In this document: in pieces, positions 36,411 to 47,677 of the stretch
Layout of the letters: each line of letters begins with the position of its first letter
Numbering within the stretch: position 1 is the first letter of the stretch
Assembly: GCA_949358305.1 (NCBI GenBank)
Contig: OX442314.1
Coordinates: 5,084,001-5,148,000 of the forward strand
Length of the DNA stretch: 64,000 bases
Direction of reading: 5' to 3'
Source: Strigamia acuminata
Lineage: Eukaryota
The notes under the pieces: generated by a model
What the model was told of the DNA's origin: nothing
What the model saw: the letters and a program-made list of their open reading frames with translations, nothing else
Database searches by the model: none
Program-made: the position numbers and the translations under genes

Positions 36411-39400
36411 CTATGTCTTGGCTCGCGGAACGCGAGATCTCAAGTTGTACTTTGACTTTCGCGAAGTACAATCCAACTTGTTTAGATTGTCATCAGCATC
36501 GTCTCCAATGTCAGATGAGTTATATACTTCATTGTTTGAAATTTTCTCTTTTTCTAAAAACATTTCCTTTTCTAGATTTTCATCAAGAGAAACATTTTCA
36601 AGTCGCTGGTTTATTTCATCGACTTCGTTATTTTTGAGTTTCGATTTTTTACTCGATTCCGTGTTTTCGACAGGAATTTTGGATAATTTAGCATCATCCA
36701 AGGTATTAACAATATTTTTTGTTTTTTGACCCACTTCCTCCCCTTCCAGCCAAATTTCTTGGTTGAAAACGGGAAAGTACGGCATTAATTCAGTGCCGTG
36801 AATAGCTGGATAAATTTTATTATCACTCAGCCGTCGAAGTTGAAAGGCGCCTCCTTGTAACCTTTTGATAATTACATAAGGCCCATTCCTTTTCGGTGAA
36901 ATGCCTGCTGCTATTCCTTTAGCGGCATTTGAGAGAATATGAGACTCTCGCCAGACTAAATCATTTTGTCTGAAGTTGTCGAATTTCTTATCTGATTTTT
37001 CAGCTTCGACACGGCGTCTCAAATCTAAGACGTGAGACATCATATGCTGATACGTCTCTGCAATTATTGTTTCTAATTTCTGAACATATAAATGCGGATT
37101 TTTTGGATCAATGACTAAAATTCCTTCCGGAATTCTTGGATCCCAAGGAATTCTTAATTCTCGGAAAAAATTTAAGAAAGCAGGAGAATAATCTCTGCCT
37201 CTTGTTACAGTTGTTCTCAAACTGAATGCAAATTCGCGTAGATACTCATCCCATTGGTCATGAATATCTAAATAAATCGAAACTAAATATTTAATATCTC
37301 GATTGGTTCTCTCCACAGGATTGCTTTGTGGATGATAAATCGATGTCGGTGTTCGCGACATGTCGAATTTTTTGCAAAATTCTTTATAGACCTGTGATCG
37401 AAATTGTGGTCCATTATCACTTATGATTTGTCTCGGAAATCCGAAAGTCATTGATAAGTGATAAATTGTGTTGGCAACTTTTATTGCCGTTGGATTACAC
37501 ATTGGAAATAATTCGGGCCAATGTGTAGCGACATCTACGATGACGCAAATATGGGTATTGTTTTTTCTGGTTCTTGGTTTGGGACCAGACAAATCCACAC
37601 TGAGGCAGTCAAATGGTCCAAATGGTCCAATTTGAGCGCCTTCAATTTCGGTCTTCGATCTCGGCTTGCATGCCTGACATCCTTGACAATGTTGAATAAA
37701 ACGTGTAATATCACGTTTCATACCTTTCCAGGTATAAACTCTTCGAGTTCGGTACATTGTCCTCGCAATGCCTGGGTGGCCGGACAGTGGATGTCCGTGC
37801 ATCAACCAAATGATTTTATAAATCAATTTTCTTGGCACAACAACTTTAAGTGCCCTACCATCCTCTCCCAATTCATCGGTGGAGGTAGGATGATAATGGA
37901 GTAGCATATCTTCTTCAATGAGATAAGTACTCGCGTGTCTTTCAAAGTTTCTTCTTTGAAGACGAGTTACTATGTAACTTGGATATTGCTTGTTTAGCAA
38001 GTAATTGCGAATATGTTGGCAAAATTCGTCTGCTTTTTGCGCTGCAATAATGTCATCTCTCGTTGGAGGATCACATTCTAATTGCTTCGCAATTTTAGCT
38101 GCAAATGCTTTAATTAAAACATTTGTTGTTGGCAGCTCGAATTTTTTAGCCATCATAGCTCTTAATTCGACGTCAGGGGTTCCTGACGGATCATGCATGT
38201 TAATACAAAAATTAATTAATGCTTGATCGTCGTCATTAACTATTATTGACTTGGGTAATTCGTTCAATTTTCCCATTTGCCAACTTCGGCAAGGAGATGG
38301 ACAATATGATAATAAATCATCATTATCGCCATCGTCTTCTGGTTCGTCAGGTGCGCTGACAGGTGCACGTGACAATGCGTCTGCTATTACATTTAGCGGA
38401 CCTTTGACGTATTGTATTTCGAACGAATACGCCATCAGCTCCATTTGCCAACGAGCTAATCTGCCCGACGGGTCAGATAACGACATCAACCACTTAAGTG
38501 CTTGGTGATCCGTTTGTACAGTGAATGTAGTGTACTCTAAGTATGGGCGAAATTTGCGTAATCCCCATACTACTGCGAGACATTCTAATTCTGTCACAGT
38601 ATAATTCTTTTCAGCGGGTTGCAAGCTTCTGCTTGCATACACGCATGGCATTTCGACTTCTTGGCCATCCACATTTTTCTTTTGTGTAAGGGCTGCACCC
38701 AACCCTTGTTTACTGGCGTCAGTATGAACAATAAATGGCATGTACAAGTCAGGCATCTTCATTGTTTCAGCATTCGTAAGCAGGTCTTTTATTGCGTCGA
38801 ATGCTGCTTGATGATGCAGTTCCCAATCGAACTCCGCATCTTTCTTCAAGAGTGGCCTTAGTGGTTCTGCCACTGTGGCCAAATTCTTGATTAGGCGGTG
38901 AAAGAAATTCACCATGCCTAGAAATCTTTGTAATTCCTTAAGATTGGTAGGAGCAGGAAATTGCGTAATTGCAGCGACTTTTTTAGGGTCTACTGCAAGT
39001 CCTTCTACTCCTACTTTGTAGCCTAGAAAAATTAATTCCTTTCTACAGAGATGCGTCTTGCCAGGGTGCGCATGTAAATTAGCTTCTGCCAATTTTTTAA
39101 ACACTATATCTAAATGTTTAATGTGTTCTTCGAACGATTTGGATACAACAATTATGTCATCCAAATATGCCCATGCAAATTTTCTGTAAACGTCACCCAA
39201 AACTTTTTCCATTAATTCTTGGAAGGTAGTTGGTGCGTTTACTAATCCGAAAGGCATGACTAAAAACATTAGTCTTCCCATTGGGCTCCAGAAGGCAGTT
39301 TTTTCTCTGTCTTCAGGTCGCAATTCTATCTGCCAATATCCCTTGGTCAGATCTATAGTACTGACCCATTCGAATTCTCCGATTTCTCGCAGAATTTCCT

Positions 39401-40664
39401 CAATTGTTGGCATTTGAGGTGGGTTGTACTTAGTATGTGTATTGATGGGGCGAAAATCAATGCACAAGCGTGGGTCGTTTCCTGGTCGCATGACTAGGAC
39501 TGGCCTCATTCCGTAATCGCCTTCAGCTTTGACGACTACGCCTTTGTCAATCATGTCTTGACAAAGTTGTCTGATTATTTCCCTTTTTTGAGGGTTTATG
39601 CTCTTAAAGGGGACACGGATGGGTTTCTCCGTGTCAAGCTCAATTTTGTGCTTAACCAGGTGTGTTTTACCTGGATCTTTAGAAATAATCCTTTTATGTT
39701 TGGATAACATCTTTTCTAATAATTTGGATTGCTCCAAATTTAAGTTAGCTTCTTTGACTAACTTTTGGATGAAATTCTCTTCATCAATTTTGCTTTGAGT
39801 TACACTTGCAGCGTAAGCTTTTGCAAAGGTCACAAATGAGGAATCGGGTTCCTCTATTTTCTCCAAATAACGATCCAGCAACGCTTGTGGAATGTAGGGT
39901 AAATCTGCATCCACAGGTTGCGTGAAATTCCAAGACATCGTCTGTGGATTAGGTTGGATTTTTAATTTATTCATAAAATCGCAACCCAATAGTACCATTG
40001 GATACTTATTTGGTATTACGATGAACGGATGACGTAACGTGCCATGTGTCCATCGAAATGAAAGATGAATGGTTCCATCTGGAGTGACTTCTTCACTTGC
40101 CGTCGTGACTCTGACACCAGGTCCGATAGGTCGTAGATATTTTTCTAGACCTAATTGATTAATAACTGAAGTGGCTAGGAAGCTTTTATTTGCTCCTGAG
40201 TCCAACATTCCGGTTATTACACCTTTTAACGTTTCTAACTTTAACGTCGGAAGGTCTTGGCTGTTTGGTATTCCAGCCACTTTGCACTCAAACTTGCGCA
40301 ATTTATGAGGAATTGTAATTGGAGGCTCCAAAGGCAATTCATCTAATAACTCATTGGTATCAAGAGTTGTAGTTGCAAATAACTTAATGCATTCCTCAAT
40401 TCCAGGTGTCTCTGGAACTGAGCTTGGTCTATCGTCTTTAACTTCGACTTTATCTTGAATATTGGAAGTGTCTTCTTCAGTCGGGGTTTCGCCGACAATC
40501 TCCTTTTTTACATCAAGAGATCCATTTTCTTTTAGTTCAGTTTGACGAATTAATTCATCAATAGCTTCTCCAACATCTTCCATTATCTTCAGATTTTCAT
40601 TCTCTGATTCCGATTTCGGAGGTGACGCAGCGTCCACTAGACCTGATGGATCTGCGTCTACAAG
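36411..40664 (-). CDS. pol: Pol polyprotein (aspartic protease, reverse transcriptase, RNase H, integrase), expressed as Gag-Pol by -1 frameshift
   Basis: LDSGA protease; DLTKGYWQ, MPFGL.NAP..FQ and YLDD RT motifs; TDAS/ELE/TDH RNase H; HHCC zinc finger, VDLSGP/SDNGPQF/VERTNR DDE core and GPY motif. Confidence 0.97.
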   Translation of the reverse strand, partial: LVDADPSGLVDAASPPKSESENENLKIMEDVGEAIDELIRQTELKENGSLDVKKEIVGETPTEEDTSNIQDKVEVKDDRPSSVPETPGIEECIKLFATTTLDTNELLDELPLEPPITIPHKLRKFECKVAGIPNSQDLPTLKLETLKGVITGMLDSGANKSFLATSVINQLGLEKYLRPIGPGVRVTTASEEVTPDGTIHLSFRWTHGTLRHPFIVIPNKYPMVLLGCDFMNKLKIQPNPQTMSWNFTQPVDADLPYIPQALLDRYLEKIEEPDSSFVTFAKAYAASVTQSKIDEENFIQKLVKEANLNLEQSKLLEKMLSKHKRIISKDPGKTHLVKHKIELDTEKPIRVPFKSINPQKREIIRQLCQDMIDKGVVVKAEGDYGMRPVLVMRPGNDPRLCIDFRPINTHTKYNPPQMPTIEEILREIGEFEWVSTIDLTKGYWQIELRPEDREKTAFWSPMGRLMFLVMPFGLVNAPTTFQELMEKVLGDVYRKFAWAYLDDIIVVSKSFEEHIKHLDIVFKKLAEANLHAHPGKTHLCRKELIFLGYKVGVEGLAVDPKKVAAITQFPAPTNLKELQRFLGMVNFFHRLIKNLATVAEPLRPLLKKDAEFDWELHHQAAFDAIKDLLTNAETMKMPDLYMPFIVHTDASKQGLGAALTQKKNVDGQEVEMPCVYASRSLQPAEKNYTVTELECLAVVWGLRKFRPYLEYTTFTVQTDHQALKWLMSLSDPSGRLARWQMELMAYSFEIQYVKGPLNVIADALSRAPVSAPDEPEDDGDNDDLLSYCPSPCRSWQMGKLNELPKSIIVNDDDQALINFCINMHDPSGTPDVELRAMMAKKFELPTTNVLIKAFAAKIAKQLECDPPTRDDIIAAQKADEFCQHIRNYLLNKQYPSYIVTRLQRRNFERHASTYLIEEDMLLHYHPTSTDELGEDGRALKVVVPRKLIYKIIWLMHGHPLSGHPGIARTMYRTRRVYTWKGMKRDITRFIQHCQGCQACKPRSKTEIEGAQIGPFGPFDCLSVDLSGPKPRTRKNNTHICVIVDVATHWPELFPMCNPTAIKVANTIYHLSMTFGFPRQIISDNGPQFRSQVYKEFCKKFDMSRTPTSIYHPQSNPVERTNRDIKYLVSIYLDIHDQWDEYLREFAFSLRTTVTRGRDYSPAFLNFFRELRIPWDPRIPEGILVIDPKNPHLYVQKLETIIAETYQHMMSHVLDLRRRVEAEKSDKKFDNFRQNDLVWRESHILSNAAKGIAAGISPKRNGPYVIIKRLQGGAFQLRRLSDNKIYPAIHGTELMPYFPVFNQEIWLEGEEVGQKTKNIVNTLDDAKLSKIPVENTESSKKSKLKNNEVDEINQRLENVSLDENLEKEMFLEKEKISNNEVYNSSDIGDDADDNLNKLDCTSRKSKYNLRSRVPRAKT

Positions 40665-40670
40665 TTTTTT
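40624..40670 (-). other. -1 programmed ribosomal frameshift signal
   Basis: A AAA AAC heptamer (40670-40664), 5-nt spacer, then a GACGCAG/CTGCGTC plus TCCA/TGGA stem-loop (40658-40624). Confidence 0.85.
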
Positions 40671-43600
40671 CGAAACATGTCAGTTATGATCTTGACTGCT
40701 TTTTCAAACTCAGCTGTTGACACTGGTTTGTCCTTTTTAGAGGAAGGGCAGTCTTTTTGCCAATGCCCTAATTTTTTGCATAAATTGCATGGATCAGTGG
40801 CAGGCGATTTCTTTTTCGTTGCTGCTGGCGAGGCAGAACGAGAACGAGCGTCAGACCGGCGCTCTGGCGACACCGCGGGTGATTTTGAATTCCTTTCGGT
40901 ATTCACCTTTGATGCGTCAAATGAAACATTTTTTGGTTTCATTTTTGGCTTCCATTTGCCTGCAACGGGGTTATTTTTTGCTAACAGCGCCGCTGCTTTG
41001 GCTAATAAAGCCAACGTCTCATCTCCTGCTTCCTCCTCCTCTTCAGCTTCTTCAGCTTCAGACGACGGAGTTTCAGCTCCAGTTATATTTGCATGTAACT
41101 TAGGAACTGAATGAGGATTTTTGACGTCCTTTTTGGAAGATTCTTTTTTCGAACTCTTCTCATCCACTTCGTCTAGAAAGTCTTCGTAACTAGGTGGCTG
41201 CAACAATTTCAAACCATTAAAGGTTTCATTGTTTTGCTCAGCGAGTCTTTTCTCTCGCTTTAAGTACGCTGACCTTTCGGCTTCTGTAAGATAAGCTTTG
41301 TACTTTTCGTCAATGCGCAATTGATTGACTTCCATGAATTCGTTTAACTCGGAGAATTTCCCCGGGTCGGGAGCGTCCGACATCATCAGAATATTTTTAC
41401 TATATTCTGTGAGGCCAGCTCTAAACTGATCATCTGCTGTTGCATCAGTAACAGCATGTGGCATTCTGCCAAGCAGATTCTCTGCTCTTAGCATGTACGA
41501 ATGTAAGCTTTCGCCTTTTCGTTGCTTAAGACATCTCCAGAGCGTCTTGATGTCTTCGCTCGATTCACCAAATTTAAACATAAATTGTTTAACGAAGTCA
41601 TCCCACTTCGTGAAGTCTTTCCTGCGAAACCACTCCTTGACACCGCCAACTAGTATTCTTGGTACTAGATGGGCCAATGCACCTTCACAGCTAAAACTGT
41701 GAACTTTGCCTAGTTCGAATATTTCCAGCAAGAGGTTTGACCCTGCTTGCCAATTTCCATTATAGGCATGTGGGATAACTCGATCCCATCTAATGAACTT
41801 TTCATCTGTTGTTTGATGAGTCCATTTATCAGAAGTAAATTCACTTATTTTTTGCAAAATAATTTTATCCCTTCTGCTTTTTCGCTGTTGTTGAGCATTT
41901 TGCCTCAACAACTGGTCAATCTCATCTTTCGTGTAAAAATCGGGTCTTTGAGTTCTACTACGTGTTCTGTGACGAGATCGCCCTCTCACACTGGGACGTG
42001 AGGAATCTGTATCTGACGCAGATTCATGATTCGGATTTGGCGGCGGATCAGGGTCCGGAGGATCGTCGCCATCTGGCGGACGACGGTCTCCATTTGGTGG
42101 TCCCCTTCCATTTCGATTGCCATTCGAATTGTGGTCACGTGAGTGGCCACCTCCATGTCCATCTGAACTGTCTCCACCTGGTGGGTCACCACCTGGCGGA
42201 TTTCCACGGTATCTCGGCCCATCACGGATGTCGTTGTGACAATCTCGTTTTGGTGAGCCTTCTCGCGGATTATCGTGTGACCGTCCACGATCGTGTGGTT
42301 TCTCACGTTCTTTATTCTTTTTCGCCAGCAATCCAATTAATTGGTCACTATTGCTAAAGAATCTATCCGAATTTTGCGGAACTTTTGGGGAATGATATTC
42401 GGTCGGGTCTGGTTGTCGCTTTCTCTTTTTGCGACTGTGATGACTATTACGGCTTCCACGACTACTGCGTGAGTCATCGCTGTCAGTCCAACTTGATTGT
42501 CGACTGACTTTTGGTTTAGCTGATGTTAAATCAATCAACTCAGGTGATTTGGAAGCACCTTTTTGCAAAACTGGGGCTGGCTTTGCAAAATTATCTTCGC
42601 CGCAAACGTCTTGTACTTTTTGTACGACTACTGCAAAGTTCTCTTGTACCGTCAACAGATCTGCGCGAAGAATTTCGTTTTCACGAGCTTGCGCAGCTAA
42701 GTCGGCACGTAATAACTGCTCTGCAGTACTTTGACTTTTGGCGGCTTGACCAGCATCAATTACGGACTGCTGTCGAGCGAGAAATACTTCGTTTTCTCGT
42801 TGTGCTAATCTCTTAGCTCTTGCTGCTTGCTCTGCAGCATGATTCTCGTAATTTCGAGAAGTGGAGGGAATTACTTCCCTCGCTCGAACTGGGGCGGTTA
42901 GTTCGGCAGTCATTAAATTTGTGTTGGCTTCTCGCAAATTTGCGTTGGCCAATCTCAAATTTTCATTAGCAATTTCTAAATCTTTTTGGGCTTGATTTAG
43001 TTGCTCGAGCCTTTGTTGTTGCTCTTCGTCAGTAATTAGCCAGGAAGCTTTTTCCTGCTCTAATTGTAACAACTTAACATGGTCATTCGCACGTTGTTGT
43101 TTTAGTTCGGCATTTTGCTGATGCATTTCTGCACGCATTCGCTCGAACTCTGCTTGCAAGCTTGTTCTGACGATTTCAACGTCTTTTTGGCTTTGTTTGC
43201 GAACCATAGCTTTGTGGATTTGTTCCACAGTCATTTCGCTAGTGACTTTTACTCCCTCGAGCCTAGCTTGCTCACGGAGTGCGTCCATCATGGTTACACG
43301 CACGGGAGAATGAGAAACTTCCATATTGGAGTTCTCAGAATCTTGTTGTGCTGCACCTTGAACCGGTGATGAATTCAGCGAGTGCTCTGCACTTGATGAT
43401 TGAATTCGTAAATTCAAATCATCGTTTTGCGACTTGGAACGGCCACTTCCAGTTGGATTGTTTAAGTCCAACTGGCCGCTTGGCGGGGATGGCTGTTGTC
43501 GCTCCAACGCTTGCGTGAATTCATTCACGATTAACTGTGCCGAGTTACAGTTAGCTGTTTGATCCATGGCTTCAAACAGTTCTTGTGACTCAGTCACTTC

Positions 43601-43681
43601 TTGATCCACGACTGGTAGATCGATCGCCACTCGTCTCTTCGCCGGCCTTCCTCTCGGTCTCTTCTCTGAAGGAGTCGCCAT
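40658..43681 (-). CDS. gag: Gag polyprotein (1007 aa)
   Basis: ATG ~95 nt after the PBS; coiled-coil-like region, retrotransposon capsid motif (LVGGVKEWF..WDDF..QF...LKQRKGES...Y) and CCHC knuckle CNLCKKLGHWQKDC. Confidence 0.95.
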   Translation of the reverse strand: MATPSEKRPRGRPAKRRVAIDLPVVDQEVTESQELFEAMDQTANCNSAQLIVNEFTQALERQQPSPPSGQLDLNNPTGSGRSKSQNDDLNLRIQSSSAEHSLNSSPVQGAAQQDSENSNMEVSHSPVRVTMMDALREQARLEGVKVTSEMTVEQIHKAMVRKQSQKDVEIVRTSLQAEFERMRAEMHQQNAELKQQRANDHVKLLQLEQEKASWLITDEEQQQRLEQLNQAQKDLEIANENLRLANANLREANTNLMTAELTAPVRAREVIPSTSRNYENHAAEQAARAKRLAQRENEVFLARQQSVIDAGQAAKSQSTAEQLLRADLAAQARENEILRADLLTVQENFAVVVQKVQDVCGEDNFAKPAPVLQKGASKSPELIDLTSAKPKVSRQSSWTDSDDSRSSRGSRNSHHSRKKRKRQPDPTEYHSPKVPQNSDRFFSNSDQLIGLLAKKNKEREKPHDRGRSHDNPREGSPKRDCHNDIRDGPRYRGNPPGGDPPGGDSSDGHGGGHSRDHNSNGNRNGRGPPNGDRRPPDGDDPPDPDPPPNPNHESASDTDSSRPSVRGRSRHRTRSRTQRPDFYTKDEIDQLLRQNAQQQRKSRRDKIILQKISEFTSDKWTHQTTDEKFIRWDRVIPHAYNGNWQAGSNLLLEIFELGKVHSFSCEGALAHLVPRILVGGVKEWFRRKDFTKWDDFVKQFMFKFGESSEDIKTLWRCLKQRKGESLHSYMLRAENLLGRMPHAVTDATADDQFRAGLTEYSKNILMMSDAPDPGKFSELNEFMEVNQLRIDEKYKAYLTEAERSAYLKREKRLAEQNNETFNGLKLLQPPSYEDFLDEVDEKSSKKESSKKDVKNPHSVPKLHANITGAETPSSEAEEAEEEEEAGDETLALLAKAAALLAKNNPVAGKWKPKMKPKNVSFDASKVNTERNSKSPAVSPERRSDARSRSASPAATKKKSPATDPCNLCKKLGHWQKDCPSSKKDKPVSTAEFEKAVKIITDMFRKNL

Positions 43682-43775
43682 TTTTCAAATGAAGACAAAG
43701 AAAGGATAGAGAAGAAAGATAAGCAAGATAAAAATGGCGGGTAAATTTTAAACTATCAAAATTTATACAATGACT

Positions 43776-43793
43776 ATCCCGGACGGGCCCCCA
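43776..43793 (-). other. Primer-binding site, tRNA-Pro type
   Basis: Minus strand TGGGGGCCCGTCCGGGAT, 2 nt from the 5' LTR; one mismatch from the classic Pro PBS TGGGGGCTCGTCCGGGAT. Confidence 0.9.
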
Positions 43794-43795
43794 CG

Positions 43796-44779
43796 TGCTG
43801 CGATCCGGGTTTTTATCCACTTAATTTCTAATAAATTAAGCAGAAACCGCAGGTGAATGCTTAACAAGACTTATATCGCGGCCGAAACTTGTCTAGGGTT
43901 AAGTTTACGAAAATAGGAATAAAAAGACAGTTTATTATGGTAATAAAAATCACACAATTATTTATTCGGTTTAAATTACAATATATATATTAATAATGAT
44001 TATGAATATCACGATATGCAACAAGTCGCAAGAATAAAATGAGCGGGAAACAATGAAACAAAGGAAGGGCTTGCAACGACTGTTGCAAGCTACAAAGCGT
44101 CAGAAATGGCGCTTAAACAACGAGATGTTGTTGATCGAAGGCAAATGTCTTCGTTCTCGGCAAACTCACGAACGATGGTCGAAGACGATGGTTCTCGTGG
44201 GTTTCTTCTACGGCTCGTGCGACGGCTCGGCGGCGGTGGTTGACGGCTGTAGGCGTCTGGTCCAGGTACGATGGCGATGGTTGCCGTTCGCGCGGCAACG
44301 ATGGCGATGGTTCACTTGGATCAGGAAACTTCTTCTTCTCGATAGCTGGAATTAGCGACGGCTAATTCAAGCTGAATTGCTGGCTTTGTGCTTTGGATGA
44401 CACAAAGATAGCAGATGAAACTGAGTTACAACGGTCCTCTATCAATACGTATTGTCGGAGCAAATATCGCAGTGATGTTGAGGTTGTTGTTGTATTTTTC
44501 AGAGTCCCGATTTGAGCCAAGACGCGAGCCCAGCACGCTTCAATATTGCGCAGAAAACCTGCGCACTTAGCTCAAATGGGTGCAACTAGTGGTTATTACA
44601 CCATATTGCACCATAACGGCTAATAACCGTTTTCACCCCGGACAACCTGGGGTGATATGTGCCTAGAGAGGATTTCTCCCCTCGGTCACATGATCTGACT
44701 TGGCGTGTGCCACAGTCAAATTAATTAGAAGATAATTAATTTAATCTTCTAAGTTGGTGAATATTTTGAGATCACCACA
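43796..44779 (-). repeat. 5' LTR (984 bp)
   Basis: Direct repeat of 32390-33373, followed on the minus strand by the PBS. Confidence 0.97.
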
Positions 44780-45245
44780 TTACTTGATTCTCCGGCCGGG
44801 CAAATGATTTTTAACGCTGTATTTCAATGACCCCCCCATTCTAAAGAATTGCTTTACATAGAAAAAGGAGGCGAGCAATAGAACTAAAGGTGATTGGCCA
44901 GTAGAACTAAAAAGTCATATAAAGATAGAGAACTGTGTGTGAGTACACTCATCAACGTGCATCCAGAATACGGTGAATGTTTCTAGGAGCTGTATAATTT
45001 GGAGGTGCTTGCCAGCAAATGATGTTGGTTGATACTTCAAGTTGAGCACTCAGTTCCTGCAGACAAATATTAAGCGTACTTGAGATAGACTTGAAGATTA
45101 ACATTCCGAAAAGATTTTCTACCGGTTCATTCTGCCCAAAGCACAACTAAACTCGATTGAAAGTTATATAAAATTTTATGCAAAATTATATAATGTACGG
45201 TGTATCGGTACTGCGGTACACTTTGGGGTGTTCCGCACCCAACAC

Positions 45246-45442
45246 TGGGCAGGATATTCAACCCACCTTAACCCAATAGAGAATTGGGGATTATTCAAAA
45301 AAGCCATTAGAAAAAAGACCCACACATGAAGGCGGAATTGATCAAATAAGTTATGAGTGAAGTAACAATAGCAACTTGTTTGAAGTTGGTAGAGACCTTA
45401 CATCAAAGTAATAGCTGCAAAAGGAGGTTCTACTTAGTTTAA
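45246..45442 (+). pseudogene. Decayed Tc1/mariner transposase C-terminal fragment
   Basis: WAGYSTHLNPIENWGLFKKAI (cf. WP..SPDLNPIENLW) and KVIAAKGGST, with stops and frameshifts between. Confidence 0.7.
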
Positions 45443-47677
45443 ATGTGATTATTCTAATTTGATGATATGATTTTGGACTATTCTAATATCAAGGCACGTA
45501 TGAACTTATTAGATTGTAGGTTTATGGAATAATAAACCCACTTACTGTGTATTGTGACTACATGCAACAATACACTAAAAAGGTGCATTGAAATAAAGAA
45601 AGTATTGACTGTTTAGACAATAACAATGCTTTATTTAAAAAATAAAAATAAAAAATTGTTAGCGGATCTTGCTAGGAAATGACTTCTTAGCGACTGTCAC
45701 AGCGGCTTAGCAATGGACATGGCGGCGATGGATTACAGTTCGTGCCCAGTATCTTGATGCAAAATTCAGACTGCGCATCACATTCTGCGCTTGCTTTTAA
45801 CATGGCAATAGTAAAGCTTGTTGCACCCAAAGGAAATAAATCATCAATATTTTGGTACTATGTAAATTACTTTTGTTAATGAGTTTATTGTTGTTTATCT
45901 ACTTTATTTTAGCATTATTAGGCCTGATATTAGCCTTGATACTGCTAAATAAGGACTGGAATTAGAAAATCGTCTGCGCTGAATGGGATGCGCAGTATGA
46001 ATTTGGCATCAATGTAATCGTAACAACGGACATGGTTGCTCGAAGTGAATTAATTGTTAGTTGGAGCGCTCTGATGTGATCAGCGCCCACTTTCAATACA
46101 GCAAGCAAGTTATAGGGACGTTTTTCTGATGCGTGAGGAAGCCGCGAGGTAATTTGTTCGCTGACCAATGAGAATTAATGGATTCTTTGGATGGATAGAG
46201 TTTAGTTAACAATCTTCAGTCGGGCATCCAGACTTTTCTGTGTGTATAGACTTGACAGAAAAGCCTACCAGAATCGTCTGGTAGAAGAACATGTGCCAGT
46301 CTGTAACGCCAGACTTTTTGTGGTACTCGCAGCTCTATGCAACAGAAAAGAAATGGTGAATGGCAATGAGAAAGAAACAAGATGGATGCCAATAAAAATT
46401 TTTAAGACTACTTTTGTAGTTAGGATGAATAGGAAACTGCTTACGACGTCAGTACAAAAACCTTTCTTTGTCGAAGCGTTATAAAACTGCTTAAAAATTC
46501 CAAATGGCGTCGGAACAAAGGGTTTAGAAAATAAAAAAAAAACACACATTCCTTATTACGGCTTTACCAAATGCATTCTGAAAAATCTTCGTCGGAAGCA
46601 ATCAGACATTCTAGTTTTTTCTTTTTTTTGGAATTGTATTCCACAAACTGCTGTATGCTGATTGATATTCATTGCAGTTCTCTAGAAACCTGAAAGCCAC
46701 TTTTCTTGCTTGTTACCTGTGGAAGGAATAGTCTTCCCTTTGTCTTTTTTGTTAAAGGGGGACAGTTGGGTTGAAAAGCAGGAATATCTGCTCTTAGGTG
46801 GTAATAATTGCAGAAATTTATGACTCATTGCTTGTGAATGGACATTGTAGCAATTACTGAAAATGGGAAATGGAAGCGAAACCCCAGCGAGTAATTTGTA
46901 TCGGAGAGTGCAAATAATTTGCCGGCTTGATTAGTGCAGCTCGTTAACACCACAGGGCGTGAATCGTGAATTTTAATATTTATTTTATGGTATGTTAATC
47001 AATAAGGAATGGAAAATGGAGGATCAAAAAAAGATGTCAGATGGATATTATTTACTACAATTTATCTCTGGGGACCTCTCAGGATGGTTTGCCACTTTAA
47101 TGATCTGTCAGAAGTTAATTAGGAAACAAAAGATGCACTTAATCACTTTCTTATACTAGTACACACTGAAATTATGAAGTGTAAAGATTTGCGTGGGATT
47201 AAAATGATCAGTTTGTGTGTTTTTATTTGAGAATTGCGCTTTAACCTGGCAAACGTGGGCAATATGCGTGACGCGCGATATTTGAAATCTTCCATTGTTT
47301 TTGGTGATGAAATATGTATTGTTAATGTAGTAAAGACTTGGATTTCATTGAGAACTGTTGTGTTTTCTTGTCTTTCTCTCTGAGGCCCTGGACCCTTAGC
47401 TTTTAGAGCCCCTTATGGGCTAGTTGTATATAAAGAGATAATTATAAGTGTGAGGGAGTGTGTATATTTTTGAGTTGGAAGTATTTCAACAGGCTGGGGT
47501 TTTAAACGGCTGGGAAAAAAGGAATGTTCGCGCGCTGAAAAATTGCATGTTTTTCATGCGCCATCAGAGCGGAAAGAATTCGACAGTTTGATTTTGTGCT
47601 CAAACAAAATTTGCACGCTTGCAGTTGCAGCTCCCTTTCCAACGAACATTCATGAACAGAAATTTAACGTAGTTCAC

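Larger units (their letters stand above)
32390..44779 (-). mobile_element. Full-length Ty3/Gypsy LTR retrotransposon with an extra spliced gene
   Basis: Two 984-bp TG...CA LTRs, TTAC TSD (32386-89, 44780-83), PBS, PPT, intact gag and pol with PR-RT-RH-IN order. Confidence 0.98.

Noticed and set aside
36316..43518. Numerous plus-strand ORFs inside gag/pol
   Set aside because: Antisense shadows of the long minus-strand coding frames.
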